Shown here piece after piece: positions 1 to 9,641 of a DNA stretch of 64,000 nucleotides. The stretch lies in the NCBI GenBank assembly GCA_945860985.1, contig CAMASM010000001.1, positions 30,688-94,687 of the forward strand. Direction: 5' to 3'. How positions within the stretch are numbered: position 1 is the first letter of the stretch; each line of letters starts with the position of its first letter. The DNA is from Candidatus Finniella inopinata (GTDB lineage: Bacteria > Pseudomonadota > Alphaproteobacteria > Paracaedibacterales > CAITNM01). The translations under genes were made by a program, and so were the position numbers. Below the pieces are notes generated by a model. That model made no database searches and was not told the origin of the DNA. It saw only the letters and a list, made by a program, of their open reading frames with translations.

Positions 1-399
1 TTTTTTTTCAACCTTAAATTCTTTTATATTTCCTTTTTCATCTTTCTTTAAATCTGCACCAACCATTGCCTCTAATTTTTTTGGACTTGCAAAAAGTGCA
101 AGAAGATAGCCTGTGAGATATTCTTTAACAATATTTTGGTCTTCTACGCTGAGACTTTTATATTTATACTTGGGAGTTGTAAATACAAATTTTGTAATAT
201 AGTCTAAGTCAAGGTGTTCAATGGCTTTCTTGCTAAGCGCTTTTGGCTTTGATTCAACTGCAGTAGAACTATCATTAACAATATCAAGCTCTTTTTGAAC
301 GAATCCTTGAATAAATTGAACAGCACTTTCTTGGCTAGCTGTGCTAACATTCACCAAGAAAGAACAAACAATAAAAAAAGTTATAAAAAATTTTTGCAT
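1..399 (-). CDS. MlaC/Ttg2D-like periplasmic lipid-binding protein (C-terminus cut by window edge)
   Basis: Not in the ORF track. My own reverse translation from ATG at 397-399 gives MQKFFITFFIVCSFLVNVSTA (signal peptide) ...LDLDYITKFVFTTPKYKYKSLSVEDQNIVKEYLTGYLLALFASPKKLEAM... The spacing pattern resembles the toluene-tolerance/MlaC family. The ORF runs off position 1. Confidence 0.4.
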   Translation of the reverse strand, partial: MQKFFITFFIVCSFLVNVSTASQESAVQFIQGFVQKELDIVNDSSTAVESKPKALSKKAIEHLDLDYITKFVFTTPKYKYKSLSVEDQNIVKEYLTGYLLALFASPKKLEAMVGADLKKDEKGNIKEFKVEKK

Positions 400-445
400 A
401 CTAAATTCCATTTAAAATAATTTGATTATATGGTAACACAAAATA

Positions 446-1885
446 ATGAATAAAGCATTAAATTTAGTAATAAAAATTATATCAAAGATTAATTTTTCAA
501 GTATTTATTTTTTAATACTTGCAGCTTTAACTGGAGGATTAGCTTTTGCACCATTTAATCAACCCATAGCATTATTTTTTTCAATATATATTCTGTTATT
601 CAACTTACAAAAGCAACCTAATTTTAAAAAATTTTTCAAACATTCAGCTATTTTTTGTTTCTTTTTTTTTCTTTCCCACCTTTATTGGGTTTGTTGGGCC
701 GTAAATGTTTACGGCTTACCTATGGCTATGCCACTGGTTCTAATTGGCATGCCGCTAATTATAGGAATATTTCCGACTATCTGCATTATTCCCAGTTACT
801 ATTTCAAAGAAAATAAAATTAAGTTTGCCTGGATCTTAGGATTTGGATGGTGGATCAGTGAAATAGCCAGAAGCTTTTTATTTACAGGATTTCCATGGAA
901 TTTAAACGGATATATATGGAATTTATCTACTTTACAAAGCACACGTTTTTTTGGAATTTTTGGATTATCACTACTAACTATTTCAGCATGTGTAGTTTTA
1001 TTTACCAAACAAAAACGTTTATCCACACTTATTCTATGCAGCTTTTTAGGGCTTTGGGTTGAAGGAAGTATACGTCTTCGATCCCCCAAAACTAACACCG
1101 AAATTAATTTAAGATTAGTTCAACCAGCAATTGATCAACGTCAAAAATGGCAACCAAGTTTCTTTGAAAAAAACATAGAACGCCTGGAAATGCTCACCAC
1201 TCAAAAAAGTAAAAAAACCATTCATCTTACTATTTGGCCTGAAGCAGCCGTGACGGTACCCTTGGATCGTTATACTAATTTAACTGAACGTCTCGGTGGC
1301 ATGATTAGTCAAGGATACCTCATAACTGGAGCACCAAGACTGACCCATAATCCAGACCAAATATTTAGCAGTCTGCAGGCAATTGCCCCTAATGGGTTAA
1401 TTTTAGCAACTTTTGATAAATTTCATTTAGTGCCGTTCGGTGAGTACGTTCCATTACGTAACCTAAACCCATTTCCAAAGCTTACCCAAGGAACAATGGA
1501 CTACTCACCAGGAACTGGACCAAAAACAATTACGCTACAAGATATACCATCTTTCAGTCCACTAATTTGCTATGAAGCAATATTTAGCGGTGCTGTTATA
1601 GATCCCCTAAACCGCCCACAGTGGCTATTAAATGTCACTAATGACGCTTGGTATGGCCACACAAGTGGACCATATCAGCATCTTAAAATTGTACAAGTTA
1701 GGGCTATTGAAGAAGGCCTACCTTTAGTTCGTGTTGCAAATAATGGAATCAGTGCTCTAATTGATGCTTATGGTAGAATCATTCATCAGCTAGAACTTGA
1801 TGAAATTGGTGTTATTGATGCTAGCTTGCCGGCATCACTTCCTGAAACTTTGTATCGTAAATTGCTAAATATTATTAATTTTTAG
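446..1885 (+). CDS. lnt: apolipoprotein N-acyltransferase
   Basis: 479 aa. Multi-TM N-terminal half followed by a CN-hydrolase domain with TIWPEAAV and PLICYEAIF motifs typical of Lnt. Confidence 0.9.
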   Translation: MNKALNLVIKIISKINFSSIYFLILAALTGGLAFAPFNQPIALFFSIYILLFNLQKQPNFKKFFKHSAIFCFFFFLSHLYWVCWAVNVYGLPMAMPLVLIGMPLIIGIFPTICIIPSYYFKENKIKFAWILGFGWWISEIARSFLFTGFPWNLNGYIWNLSTLQSTRFFGIFGLSLLTISACVVLFTKQKRLSTLILCSFLGLWVEGSIRLRSPKTNTEINLRLVQPAIDQRQKWQPSFFEKNIERLEMLTTQKSKKTIHLTIWPEAAVTVPLDRYTNLTERLGGMISQGYLITGAPRLTHNPDQIFSSLQAIAPNGLILATFDKFHLVPFGEYVPLRNLNPFPKLTQGTMDYSPGTGPKTITLQDIPSFSPLICYEAIFSGAVIDPLNRPQWLLNVTNDAWYGHTSGPYQHLKIVQVRAIEEGLPLVRVANNGISALIDAYGRIIHQLELDEIGVIDASLPASLPETLYRKLLNIINF

Positions 1886-2067
1886 GATTATTAAATACAT
1901 GTTCTTTAAAACAGTTGCATAAAATAAAATTTATCTTTAAACGTTTAGAATGCACAATAATTTAGCAATATAATCTAGTTTTTCAGGAGAGCGTTTTTAT
2001 AAATCTTCGTCATAAAAAAGGAAAAGATCGATTAGAGTTACTAAACAATTATTTAAATAAAGCTGAT

Positions 2068-3246
2068 TTGCAGCTGCTTAGTGAATCTATATACGATGAA
2101 CTAGAACTAGCCGATACTTTAGTTGAAAATGCCGTTGGATATTTTCAACTACCATTTTCTATGGCTCCAGGAATAACTATAAATAGCAAACGTTACCCAT
2201 TAATTCCCCTAGTAATTGAAGAAACATCAGTTGTGGCAGGTCTTTGTAAAAATATTTTATTTATAAATTCGCACGGTACTATTTCAGCATCACAATATGG
2301 CGGTGGATTTATCGGTCAAATTCATTTTCCAGATATTAAAAATCAAAAGAGTTTTGAACGCAATATTTTAGCCTGTAAAGATCATCTTATTTCTAAAGCA
2401 AATCAAAATCCGTGCAAAAGCATGTTAGAAAGGGGGGGCGGCGTTAAAGACATAACCGTTAGATTAATTTCCAGAACCGACGGTAAGACAATGGGCGTAA
2501 TACATGTTTTGGTTGATACCAAAGATGCCATGGGAGCCAATATTATTAACCAAACCTGTGAATACCTTAAGCCTATAGTTGAAGTAGAAAGTGGTGAGAA
2601 ATCTCTATTATGCATTTTATCAAACTACAATACAGAAAAAATTACCAAGGTCGAAATTACCTTAGAAGGAATCGATGAAACTTTAGCCAAGCGTATTGAA
2701 GAAGCTTCCCTTATTGCACAATTTGACCCTTATCGAGCAGTCACACACAACAAAGGAATTATGAATGGTATGGATGCCATTTGCCTGGCCACCGGTAACG
2801 ATTGGCGCGCCTTAGAAGCTGGCATGCATGGTTTCGCAGCTCGTAACGGGCAATATCAAGGACTTTCTAACTGGATAGCTAATGGAAAACAGCTTAAAGG
2901 AACCTTAGAAGGACCAATTAATGTTGGTATAGTAGGAGGTGTAACAAATATCCACCCTCAAGCAGCTTTGGCCCTGCGTTGCCTAAAAGTGGAAAGCTCA
3001 ACAGAGTTGGCATATGTAATTGGGACTATAGGACTAATTCAAAATTTTGCAGCATTGCGTGCGTTAGTAACTGATGGCATTGCCAAAGGTCACATGCGAC
3101 TACACTTAAAAAATCTGCTTAAGCAAACAGATGCAACAGCACCCGAGCAAGAAAAGGCTTTAAAACTACTTGAGAAAATATTTGATACCAAGCATTATGT
3201 AAGCGCCAATGATGCCCGCAATGTTTTAAAAGAATTAAGATCGTGA
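2068..3246 (+). CDS. mvaA: HMG-CoA reductase, class II
   Basis: Motifs PLVIEETSVVAG, DAMGANIIN and VGIVGG. Family-like residues continue upstream of the TTG at 2068 back to about 1999, where no canonical start exists (see findings). Confidence 0.9.
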   Translation: MQLLSESIYDELELADTLVENAVGYFQLPFSMAPGITINSKRYPLIPLVIEETSVVAGLCKNILFINSHGTISASQYGGGFIGQIHFPDIKNQKSFERNILACKDHLISKANQNPCKSMLERGGGVKDITVRLISRTDGKTMGVIHVLVDTKDAMGANIINQTCEYLKPIVEVESGEKSLLCILSNYNTEKITKVEITLEGIDETLAKRIEEASLIAQFDPYRAVTHNKGIMNGMDAICLATGNDWRALEAGMHGFAARNGQYQGLSNWIANGKQLKGTLEGPINVGIVGGVTNIHPQAALALRCLKVESSTELAYVIGTIGLIQNFAALRALVTDGIAKGHMRLHLKNLLKQTDATAPEQEKALKLLEKIFDTKHYVSANDARNVLKELRS

Positions 3247-4091
3247 TCAGCCATCCTGCAAAGTGCATTTTATCCGGTGAGCACACAGTGCTAAATGGTG
3301 GAACCGCGATTGTTAGCCCACTTAAAACCTATTCAACAACCTTAGAATATCAAGAAAGTTCTCTAAAGCTTGAGATGTTTTTTAACAGCAGACCTTTTAA
3401 AAAGGGTATTTTAAATTTACTGCAAAATCTTGCTTTACTACCCAGAACATTTTCTGGAATTCTCAATGTGAACTCAAATATCCCCCAGGCATCAGGGCTC
3501 GGTAGCTCTGCTGCTTTGTGTGTTGCAATGGCTAATTTGCTTGTACAACATGGCTACATTTTAGCAGAAAAAATTTTTGAAGTGGCAAGAATGTGCGAAA
3601 ACCTCTTTCATGGTAAAAGCAGCGGGGTTGATATTGCTGGCGTTATGTCAAACAGTGTTTTACTTTACACTATGGACGACGGTCCCTGCAGCTTTATACC
3701 TACGTGGCAACCACATCTTTATGTTTCTTATTCTGGTATACCGTCTAATACCAAACAAGCTGTGGCAAAAGTACGTAAATATCGTAATAACTTTCCAAAT
3801 ACTGGCGCTGATCAAAGTATGGAAAATTCTACCCAGCAAATTTACAACGCCCTTACTAGTATTGATATTAAAAGTCGCCTGCAACAATTACGTGATGGCT
3901 TAAATCAATCAAGCGAGTGTTTTGAAGAGTGGGGATTAATTGGAGATTTTTTGAGAACGCATCAAAATAAATTAATTGAAGCAGGAGCAATAGCCGTAAA
4001 ACCAACTGGATCTGGTATGGGGGGCCATGTTTTAAGTCTTTGGCAAGATACTCCACCACTACATCTAAATTTGATACCCGTTAATATATGA
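3243..4091 (+). CDS. mvk: GHMP kinase, probable mevalonate kinase
   Basis: GTG start overlaps the mvaA stop (GTGA). N-terminal KCILSGEHTVLNGGTAIV and ATP loop PQASGLGSSAALCVA. Confidence 0.75.
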   Translation: MISHPAKCILSGEHTVLNGGTAIVSPLKTYSTTLEYQESSLKLEMFFNSRPFKKGILNLLQNLALLPRTFSGILNVNSNIPQASGLGSSAALCVAMANLLVQHGYILAEKIFEVARMCENLFHGKSSGVDIAGVMSNSVLLYTMDDGPCSFIPTWQPHLYVSYSGIPSNTKQAVAKVRKYRNNFPNTGADQSMENSTQQIYNALTSIDIKSRLQQLRDGLNQSSECFEEWGLIGDFLRTHQNKLIEAGAIAVKPTGSGMGGHVLSLWQDTPPLHLNLIPVNI

Positions 4092-4969
4092 TAAAAATTA
4101 GTGCGCCTGGAAGCATGCTTATGTTTGGTGAACATAGCGTATTAAGGGGCGGCCATGCCATTGTTTTAGCTATTAATAAGCGAATACACATAAGCCTAGA
4201 ACCAAGAGCTGATCGATTAATAAATATCAACTCTTCTTTGGGTAAAATTGAAACCTCCATTGAAAACATTGTTATACAGCCACCATTCCAGTACGTTTTA
4301 CAAGCTCTAAAAAATTCCCCTCCCCCTTCTGGTCTAAATATAGAGATAGTTTCTGAAATGTCATCAACTATGGGACTAGGTACTTCTGCTGCCGTAATTG
4401 TAGCACTAATTGCTGGATTAATTAGCTTAGCCAACGATGATATGAATCAATTATTTTCAAAATCACTTCAGGCTGTAAAGCACATACAAGGAATTGGATC
4501 TGGTGCTGACGTTATGGCAAGTATTAAAGGTGGTGCTGGTTTATTTCAAAATGGTCAATACCAATCACTAACATTACCAATTGAACTTTTCGCTAGTTAT
4601 TTTGGTAAAAAAACACCTACAGCAGAAGTAGTTCAACATGTAGCAAAACGCTTTAACAATTACCCAGAGCTGCTTCATAATTTAGATAAAGCTAATAATG
4701 CTATCACCAATGAGGCTGTTAAATCTTTAAGCAATCCCCAGCGACTAGGTGAGCTTTTTAATATAAGTTCAGGGCTTATGGGAGCATTTGGCTTACATAC
4801 GAAAGAAATTGAAGATTTTTTATGGAAGCTACGCGAACAATCATATGGCGTTAAGCTTTCCGGGTCGGGTTTGGGAGACTGTGCAATTGGCGTTGTTAAG
4901 GATAGTTTTTACCCAAAAGGTAGTTTTCCAATCACCATATCACCACAAGGTTTAAAAATTGAAAAATGA
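4088..4969 (+). CDS. second GHMP kinase, probable phosphomevalonate kinase
   Basis: ATGA overlap with the previous gene. Motifs ISAPGSMLMFGEHSVLRGGHAIV and MGLGTSAAVIVA. The function is assigned from operon position only. Confidence 0.6.
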   Translation: MIKISAPGSMLMFGEHSVLRGGHAIVLAINKRIHISLEPRADRLININSSLGKIETSIENIVIQPPFQYVLQALKNSPPPSGLNIEIVSEMSSTMGLGTSAAVIVALIAGLISLANDDMNQLFSKSLQAVKHIQGIGSGADVMASIKGGAGLFQNGQYQSLTLPIELFASYFGKKTPTAEVVQHVAKRFNNYPELLHNLDKANNAITNEAVKSLSNPQRLGELFNISSGLMGAFGLHTKEIEDFLWKLREQSYGVKLSGSGLGDCAIGVVKDSFYPKGSFPITISPQGLKIEK

Positions 4970-5964
4970 TTTATAAAAAAAGTTACGCAGCTCAACTTAT
5001 TTCTCTAAATCCCCCTGCAAGAGAATTTGCAGAAGCTTTTGCCCCTTCAAATATTGCCTTATGTAAATATTGGGGTAAAAAAAATTTAGATTTAAATATA
5101 CCAGCAACACCAAGCTTATCAATATCTCTTGCTGATCGTGGTACTAAAGTTCAACTATCAATTGCCCCCAGGAATTCGTTGAGTATAAACAGTAAAAATA
5201 TTACAGAAGAATCACCTGCTTTCAAGCGTACATTTGATTTTTTAGAATTATTCATGGCTAAAAATATAAAATTAGCAGTGCAAAGCGAAAACAGCATTCC
5301 TACAGCTGCTGGATTAGCATCATCTGCCAGTTTTTTTGCAGCACTTACTATTGCCATAGACAAGTTATGTAACTGGCAAGCATCTCTTCAAACTCTTTCA
5401 TGTTTAGCACGCCTTGGAAGTGGTAGTGCCTGCCGTTCATTGCACCATGGATTTGTAAAGTGGCTTGATTATGACGACCCTTTTAAATCATATGGCATAC
5501 CAATGAACGTACGTTGGGAAGAATTACGAATTGGTTTATTGATTTTTGATGATAAAGAAAAATCTATGCCATCGCGTCAAGCAATGTTGCATACCCAAAA
5601 TACTTCACCTTTATACCAAGCATGGTGTAATAATTCCCGTACTGACTTTGAAGTAGTGCATGCCGCAATCAAGAAAAAGAATTTTCAAACGCTTGGTGAA
5701 ACTGCTGAATACAATGCTCTTTCTCTACATGCCGTTATGCTTTCTGCTAGACCTTCCATTATTTACAGTCAACCTGAAACGCTGAAAGCAATCTCAAAAA
5801 TACACGCATTAAGACAAAATAGTATTCTAGTTTATTTCACACAAGATGCTGGGCCTAATTTAAAGCTAATATTTCTAGAAAATGATCTTGAGTGTATTTT
5901 AGAAGATTTTCCCAGAATGGAAGTAATAAATCCTTTTTCTAGGGTAGACAATGTAGAATCTTGA
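4966..5964 (+). CDS. mvaD: diphosphomevalonate decarboxylase
   Basis: Motifs APSNIALCKYWGKKN, AAGLASSAS and GSGSACRS. ATGA overlap with the upstream kinase. Confidence 0.9.
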   Translation: MIYKKSYAAQLISLNPPAREFAEAFAPSNIALCKYWGKKNLDLNIPATPSLSISLADRGTKVQLSIAPRNSLSINSKNITEESPAFKRTFDFLELFMAKNIKLAVQSENSIPTAAGLASSASFFAALTIAIDKLCNWQASLQTLSCLARLGSGSACRSLHHGFVKWLDYDDPFKSYGIPMNVRWEELRIGLLIFDDKEKSMPSRQAMLHTQNTSPLYQAWCNNSRTDFEVVHAAIKKKNFQTLGETAEYNALSLHAVMLSARPSIIYSQPETLKAISKIHALRQNSILVYFTQDAGPNLKLIFLENDLECILEDFPRMEVINPFSRVDNVES

Positions 5965-6010
5965 TTATATTATTCACCAGAGCAGTTTTTTATTTTATAA
6001 AAAAATCTAT

Positions 6011-7129
6011 ATGTCTGTTGGAATTGAATCAATTGGAATTAAATTGCCTTCATATGTAATTGAAGCAAAAAAGATTGCTAAACTTAGAGGAATGCCAGAA
6101 GAAAAAGCAACAATAGGCTTAGGGTGCCATATGGTTGGTCTTTGCCTTGATCAAGAAACAGTTGTTGATTTAGCTGTAAATGCCGCCAAGCGTGCAATTG
6201 CTCGTTGGAAGGGTAACATCAATGAAATTGGCATGATTGTAGTAGGAACTGAGTCATCGTTAGATGAAGCTCGTCCATTAAGTGCATGGGTGGCTGAACG
6301 ATTACAACTAAGCGGGCATATACGTTCATATGAAGTTAAGCATGCTTGTTACGCTGGTACTCTGGCGTTGCGCCAAGCCGTTGAATGGAAAAAAGCAACC
6401 AATTCGCCTAAAAGTGCCCTGGTAATTGCTGTTGACGTTTGTTTATATGCACCTGGCCATGCCGCGGAGGTAACTCAAGGAGCAGGTGCTGTGGCAATGA
6501 TTGTAGGCAAAGATTCTATTTGTTCAGTTGATCTGCAAACTTATCCATATAGCGAACCATGTTTTGATTTTTGGCGTCCAACTGGCGATACTTTTCCAAC
6601 TGTAGATAGCCAAAAAAGTTTAACTGCTTATTTAAAAGCTACGGAAAATTGTTTTAAGGCATTGTTTGCAGACCAAACTAATTTATCTTTTGAAAGCTTC
6701 AGATCTATTTGCTTTCATATACCATTTCCAAAAATGGTGCTTAAAGCATTCAGACATCTTTCTTTGTCTTTTAACCTTTCGGAATTTGAACAACATAAAT
6801 TATTGAGAGACAAAGTTTTGCCGTTCATTACGTGGAATAAAGAAGTTGGTAATTCTTATTCTGCCAGCCTTTGGATAAGTGTGGCGCAAGCATTAGAAAC
6901 TGCAAAAAACGGCGAAAAAATAGCTTGTTTTTCCTATGGTTCTGGATTTGGATCGGAACTTTTTGTACTAGAGCGCAACCATAATAGCGGAGATTGGGCA
7001 GAAGATATAAAAACAGATTTATCTAAACGTAAGGAAATCTCTATCGAAGAGTATGATAAATGGCGTAAAAAAGAGGTTTTTAAATTAGAGAAGCAAACAA
7101 TTCCAACTGATCTAACCGAAGTTGCGTAA
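6011..7129 (+). CDS. mvaS: HMG-CoA synthase
   Basis: 372 aa. Catalytic Cys context EVKHACYAGT, plus FHIPFPKM and GNSYSASLW, typical of bacterial MvaS. Confidence 0.9.
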   Translation: MSVGIESIGIKLPSYVIEAKKIAKLRGMPEEKATIGLGCHMVGLCLDQETVVDLAVNAAKRAIARWKGNINEIGMIVVGTESSLDEARPLSAWVAERLQLSGHIRSYEVKHACYAGTLALRQAVEWKKATNSPKSALVIAVDVCLYAPGHAAEVTQGAGAVAMIVGKDSICSVDLQTYPYSEPCFDFWRPTGDTFPTVDSQKSLTAYLKATENCFKALFADQTNLSFESFRSICFHIPFPKMVLKAFRHLSLSFNLSEFEQHKLLRDKVLPFITWNKEVGNSYSASLWISVAQALETAKNGEKIACFSYGSGFGSELFVLERNHNSGDWAEDIKTDLSKRKEISIEEYDKWRKKEVFKLEKQTIPTDLTEVA

Positions 7130-7423
7130 AAAATTATCAGTATTGAAATTTAGTCTCACAGACTATTAGAATACCCAGAAAATATTTTCGTATGACTTAT
7201 ATCCAAATAAGCTTTAGCAAAATACAAACAGCACTTCAAACTTGAATGTGACTAAAATAGCATAGCTTGAATTATTAAAATCAATAGGAGAAACATCTGT
7301 AGTACAGGAATTGACCAGTAGTACTATTTACTAATTACTGATCCGCATTCCTCAAACTGAATCTATGGTAGAATTTTTGGTTTCATTTTGTTAGTTTAGA
7401 ATAAAATAAGTTTTGACTGAATT

Positions 7424-8266
7424 ATGCCAAAAACTGATAGTTGCATATCTTTTTATTTGCAGAAAGCCGCAATACGTGGGCAATTTTGCAGAATTAGCAA
7501 ATCAATAACTAATGCTTTAGTTAACCATTCGTATTCCAATAGCATTAATAGACTTTTAGCAGAAATGACAGCTGTTTCACACTGCTTAACTATGAACACA
7601 AAGTCTGAGTATCAAGCAGTAATGCAATTGACAGGAACTACACCTTTACGCGCAGCTCTTGTAGATTTGTATGACAATGGTCTCTTTAGATGTTGTGCTT
7701 CATTTGCGGATAAACTTAATTCAAAAGATATAAACTGCAATACAGTGCCTGAACTTTTTGGTCATAATGCTAAATTACTTTTTACTATGGACATCAAACA
7801 ACAAAGATATCAAACATTGGTTGCACTACGACATTCTAAATTAGAAGATTGTTTTCAAGATTATTTTGACCAATCAGAGCAAGTTCCATCAGTAGTATTA
7901 ATTACCAGTAAATTAGCGGGTACTGCAGTAAAAGCTGCTTCTTTAATTTTGCATAAAATGCCTGATCTTACAAATAACAATGACGAAAACGATAATTGGG
8001 AAGCAGCAAAAATTTTTACGCAAACTATAAAGGCTGATGAGCTAATGGATCTAAATACAGATATGGAAAAACTTATATACCTTGTATACGATGAATTTGG
8101 CCCCATTGTTTCACGTGAAACAACTATTAATTTTCAATGTAAATGCTCTGAAAAAAAATTTAAAGAAACTCTGTTTCAGCTAGGTATTTCGGAAAATTCA
8201 TTGGAAGTTATCTGTGAATATTGCAATAAAAAATATAGCATAGACATTGAGTGTAAAAATTCATAA
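7424..8266 (+). CDS. hslO: redox-regulated chaperone Hsp33
   Basis: 280 aa. C-terminal zinc/redox switch FQCKC...ICEYCNKKY (CxC...CxxC) and an N-terminal FYLQKAAIRGQF pattern. Confidence 0.85.
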   Translation: MPKTDSCISFYLQKAAIRGQFCRISKSITNALVNHSYSNSINRLLAEMTAVSHCLTMNTKSEYQAVMQLTGTTPLRAALVDLYDNGLFRCCASFADKLNSKDINCNTVPELFGHNAKLLFTMDIKQQRYQTLVALRHSKLEDCFQDYFDQSEQVPSVVLITSKLAGTAVKAASLILHKMPDLTNNNDENDNWEAAKIFTQTIKADELMDLNTDMEKLIYLVYDEFGPIVSRETTINFQCKCSEKKFKETLFQLGISENSLEVICEYCNKKYSIDIECKNS

Positions 8267-8370
8267 AATCATAAACGTAAGCTAAATATTAAGGTAAAGC
8301 TATAAAATCATTAGAGAAATATGACCTATATATTAACGAGCTTTTAAGGTGGAGTGCCTCTATTAATCTG

Positions 8371-8874
8371 GTGCACGAAAAATCCAAAGACGACATTATA
8401 CAGAGACATATTTTGGATTCTTTACAACTAGTTGATTATATAAACAAAGATAGTGATAGAGTTATAGATATTGGTACTGGTGCAGGATTACCTGGCATGC
8501 TTTTGGCAATTGAAGGGGTATCATCTGTTAGGTTGATTGAACCCACACAAAAAAAAGTAGTTTTCTTAAATCATATTAAAAACCTTTACTCACTTAATGT
8601 AACTATCATCAATAGCACCTGGGAAAAAATTGCTGAGTGCAATTCAAACGTTGTTGTAAGCAGAGCATTCAGCTCCTTAAACAATCTCTTAGAAGCGATG
8701 GGTTATGTTTCACGTGAAACAAATTCACCTAGGGGACTTTTTCTAAAGGGCGAAAAGCTGGAAATTGAAATTCTCGAAGCGAAAAAAAACTGGAATTTTA
8801 GTTATGAAATTTACCAAAGCAAGACACATGAAAAAGGAAAAATCATTAAAGTATGGAGCGTAGAAAAAAAGTGA
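8371..8874 (+). CDS. rsmG: 16S rRNA m7G527 methyltransferase
   Basis: Motifs RHILDSLQL and IDIGTGAGLPG (SAM-binding). Homology continues upstream of the GTG at 8371 into a region with no canonical start (see findings). Confidence 0.85.
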   Translation: MHEKSKDDIIQRHILDSLQLVDYINKDSDRVIDIGTGAGLPGMLLAIEGVSSVRLIEPTQKKVVFLNHIKNLYSLNVTIINSTWEKIAECNSNVVVSRAFSSLNNLLEAMGYVSRETNSPRGLFLKGEKLEIEILEAKKNWNFSYEIYQSKTHEKGKIIKVWSVEKK

Positions 8875-9632
8875 CCCCTAAAATTATAATGTTTGGCAAT
8901 CAAAAAGGTGGAGTTGGGAAAACGACATCTGCGGTCAATATTGCAACTATAACTGCTGCTTCTGGATATAAAACTTTACTTATTGATCTTGACCCACAAG
9001 GTAACAGCAGCTCTGGCGTAGCTGGAAATAAAAAACAAAATGGTACATATCATTGGTTAATGACAGACTCACAAAACATTATTCAAACAACCTACATTCC
9101 TAATCTAAACCTAATTAGTGCTTCCATGGATTTAGCTGCAGCTGAAATAGAACTTTTACATGTGCCACAAAGAGAATACATTTTGAAGCAAAAAATTAGT
9201 TCTATTCAACATCAATACGATTACATAATGATCGACTGTCCTCCATCTCTTGGATTACTAACAGTCAATGCGCTTAGCACTAGCGACTATATTCTAATAC
9301 CAATGCAATGTGAATACTATGCACTAGAGGGTATTAGCCATATTATCCAAACTATTCAAAGGGTACAAAATGGCTTAAATCCCAAACTTAAAATGCTTGG
9401 AGTCCTTTTAACAATGTACGACAAGCGTAGTTCTCTAAATCAACAAGTTGCTAATGATCTAAGATTTCATTTTCAAAATAGTGTGTTTAAAACAGTAATT
9501 CCAAGAAATATTAAAATTGCAGAAGCTCCGTCTCATGGCAAGCCAATTATTTTGTATGATGTAAAAAGCACTGGAGCCATATCATACATGGATGCTACCA
9601 AAGAACTTCTTCAACGTATTAATCAAACATAG
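8853..9632 (+). CDS. parA: chromosome partitioning ATPase ParA/Soj
   Basis: Deviant Walker A NQKGGVGKTT, plus LIDLDPQGN and IMIDCPPSLG. Confidence 0.9.
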   Translation: MERRKKVTPKIIMFGNQKGGVGKTTSAVNIATITAASGYKTLLIDLDPQGNSSSGVAGNKKQNGTYHWLMTDSQNIIQTTYIPNLNLISASMDLAAAEIELLHVPQREYILKQKISSIQHQYDYIMIDCPPSLGLLTVNALSTSDYILIPMQCEYYALEGISHIIQTIQRVQNGLNPKLKMLGVLLTMYDKRSSLNQQVANDLRFHFQNSVFKTVIPRNIKIAEAPSHGKPIILYDVKSTGAISYMDATKELLQRINQT

Positions 9633-9641
9633 GTAAACAAA

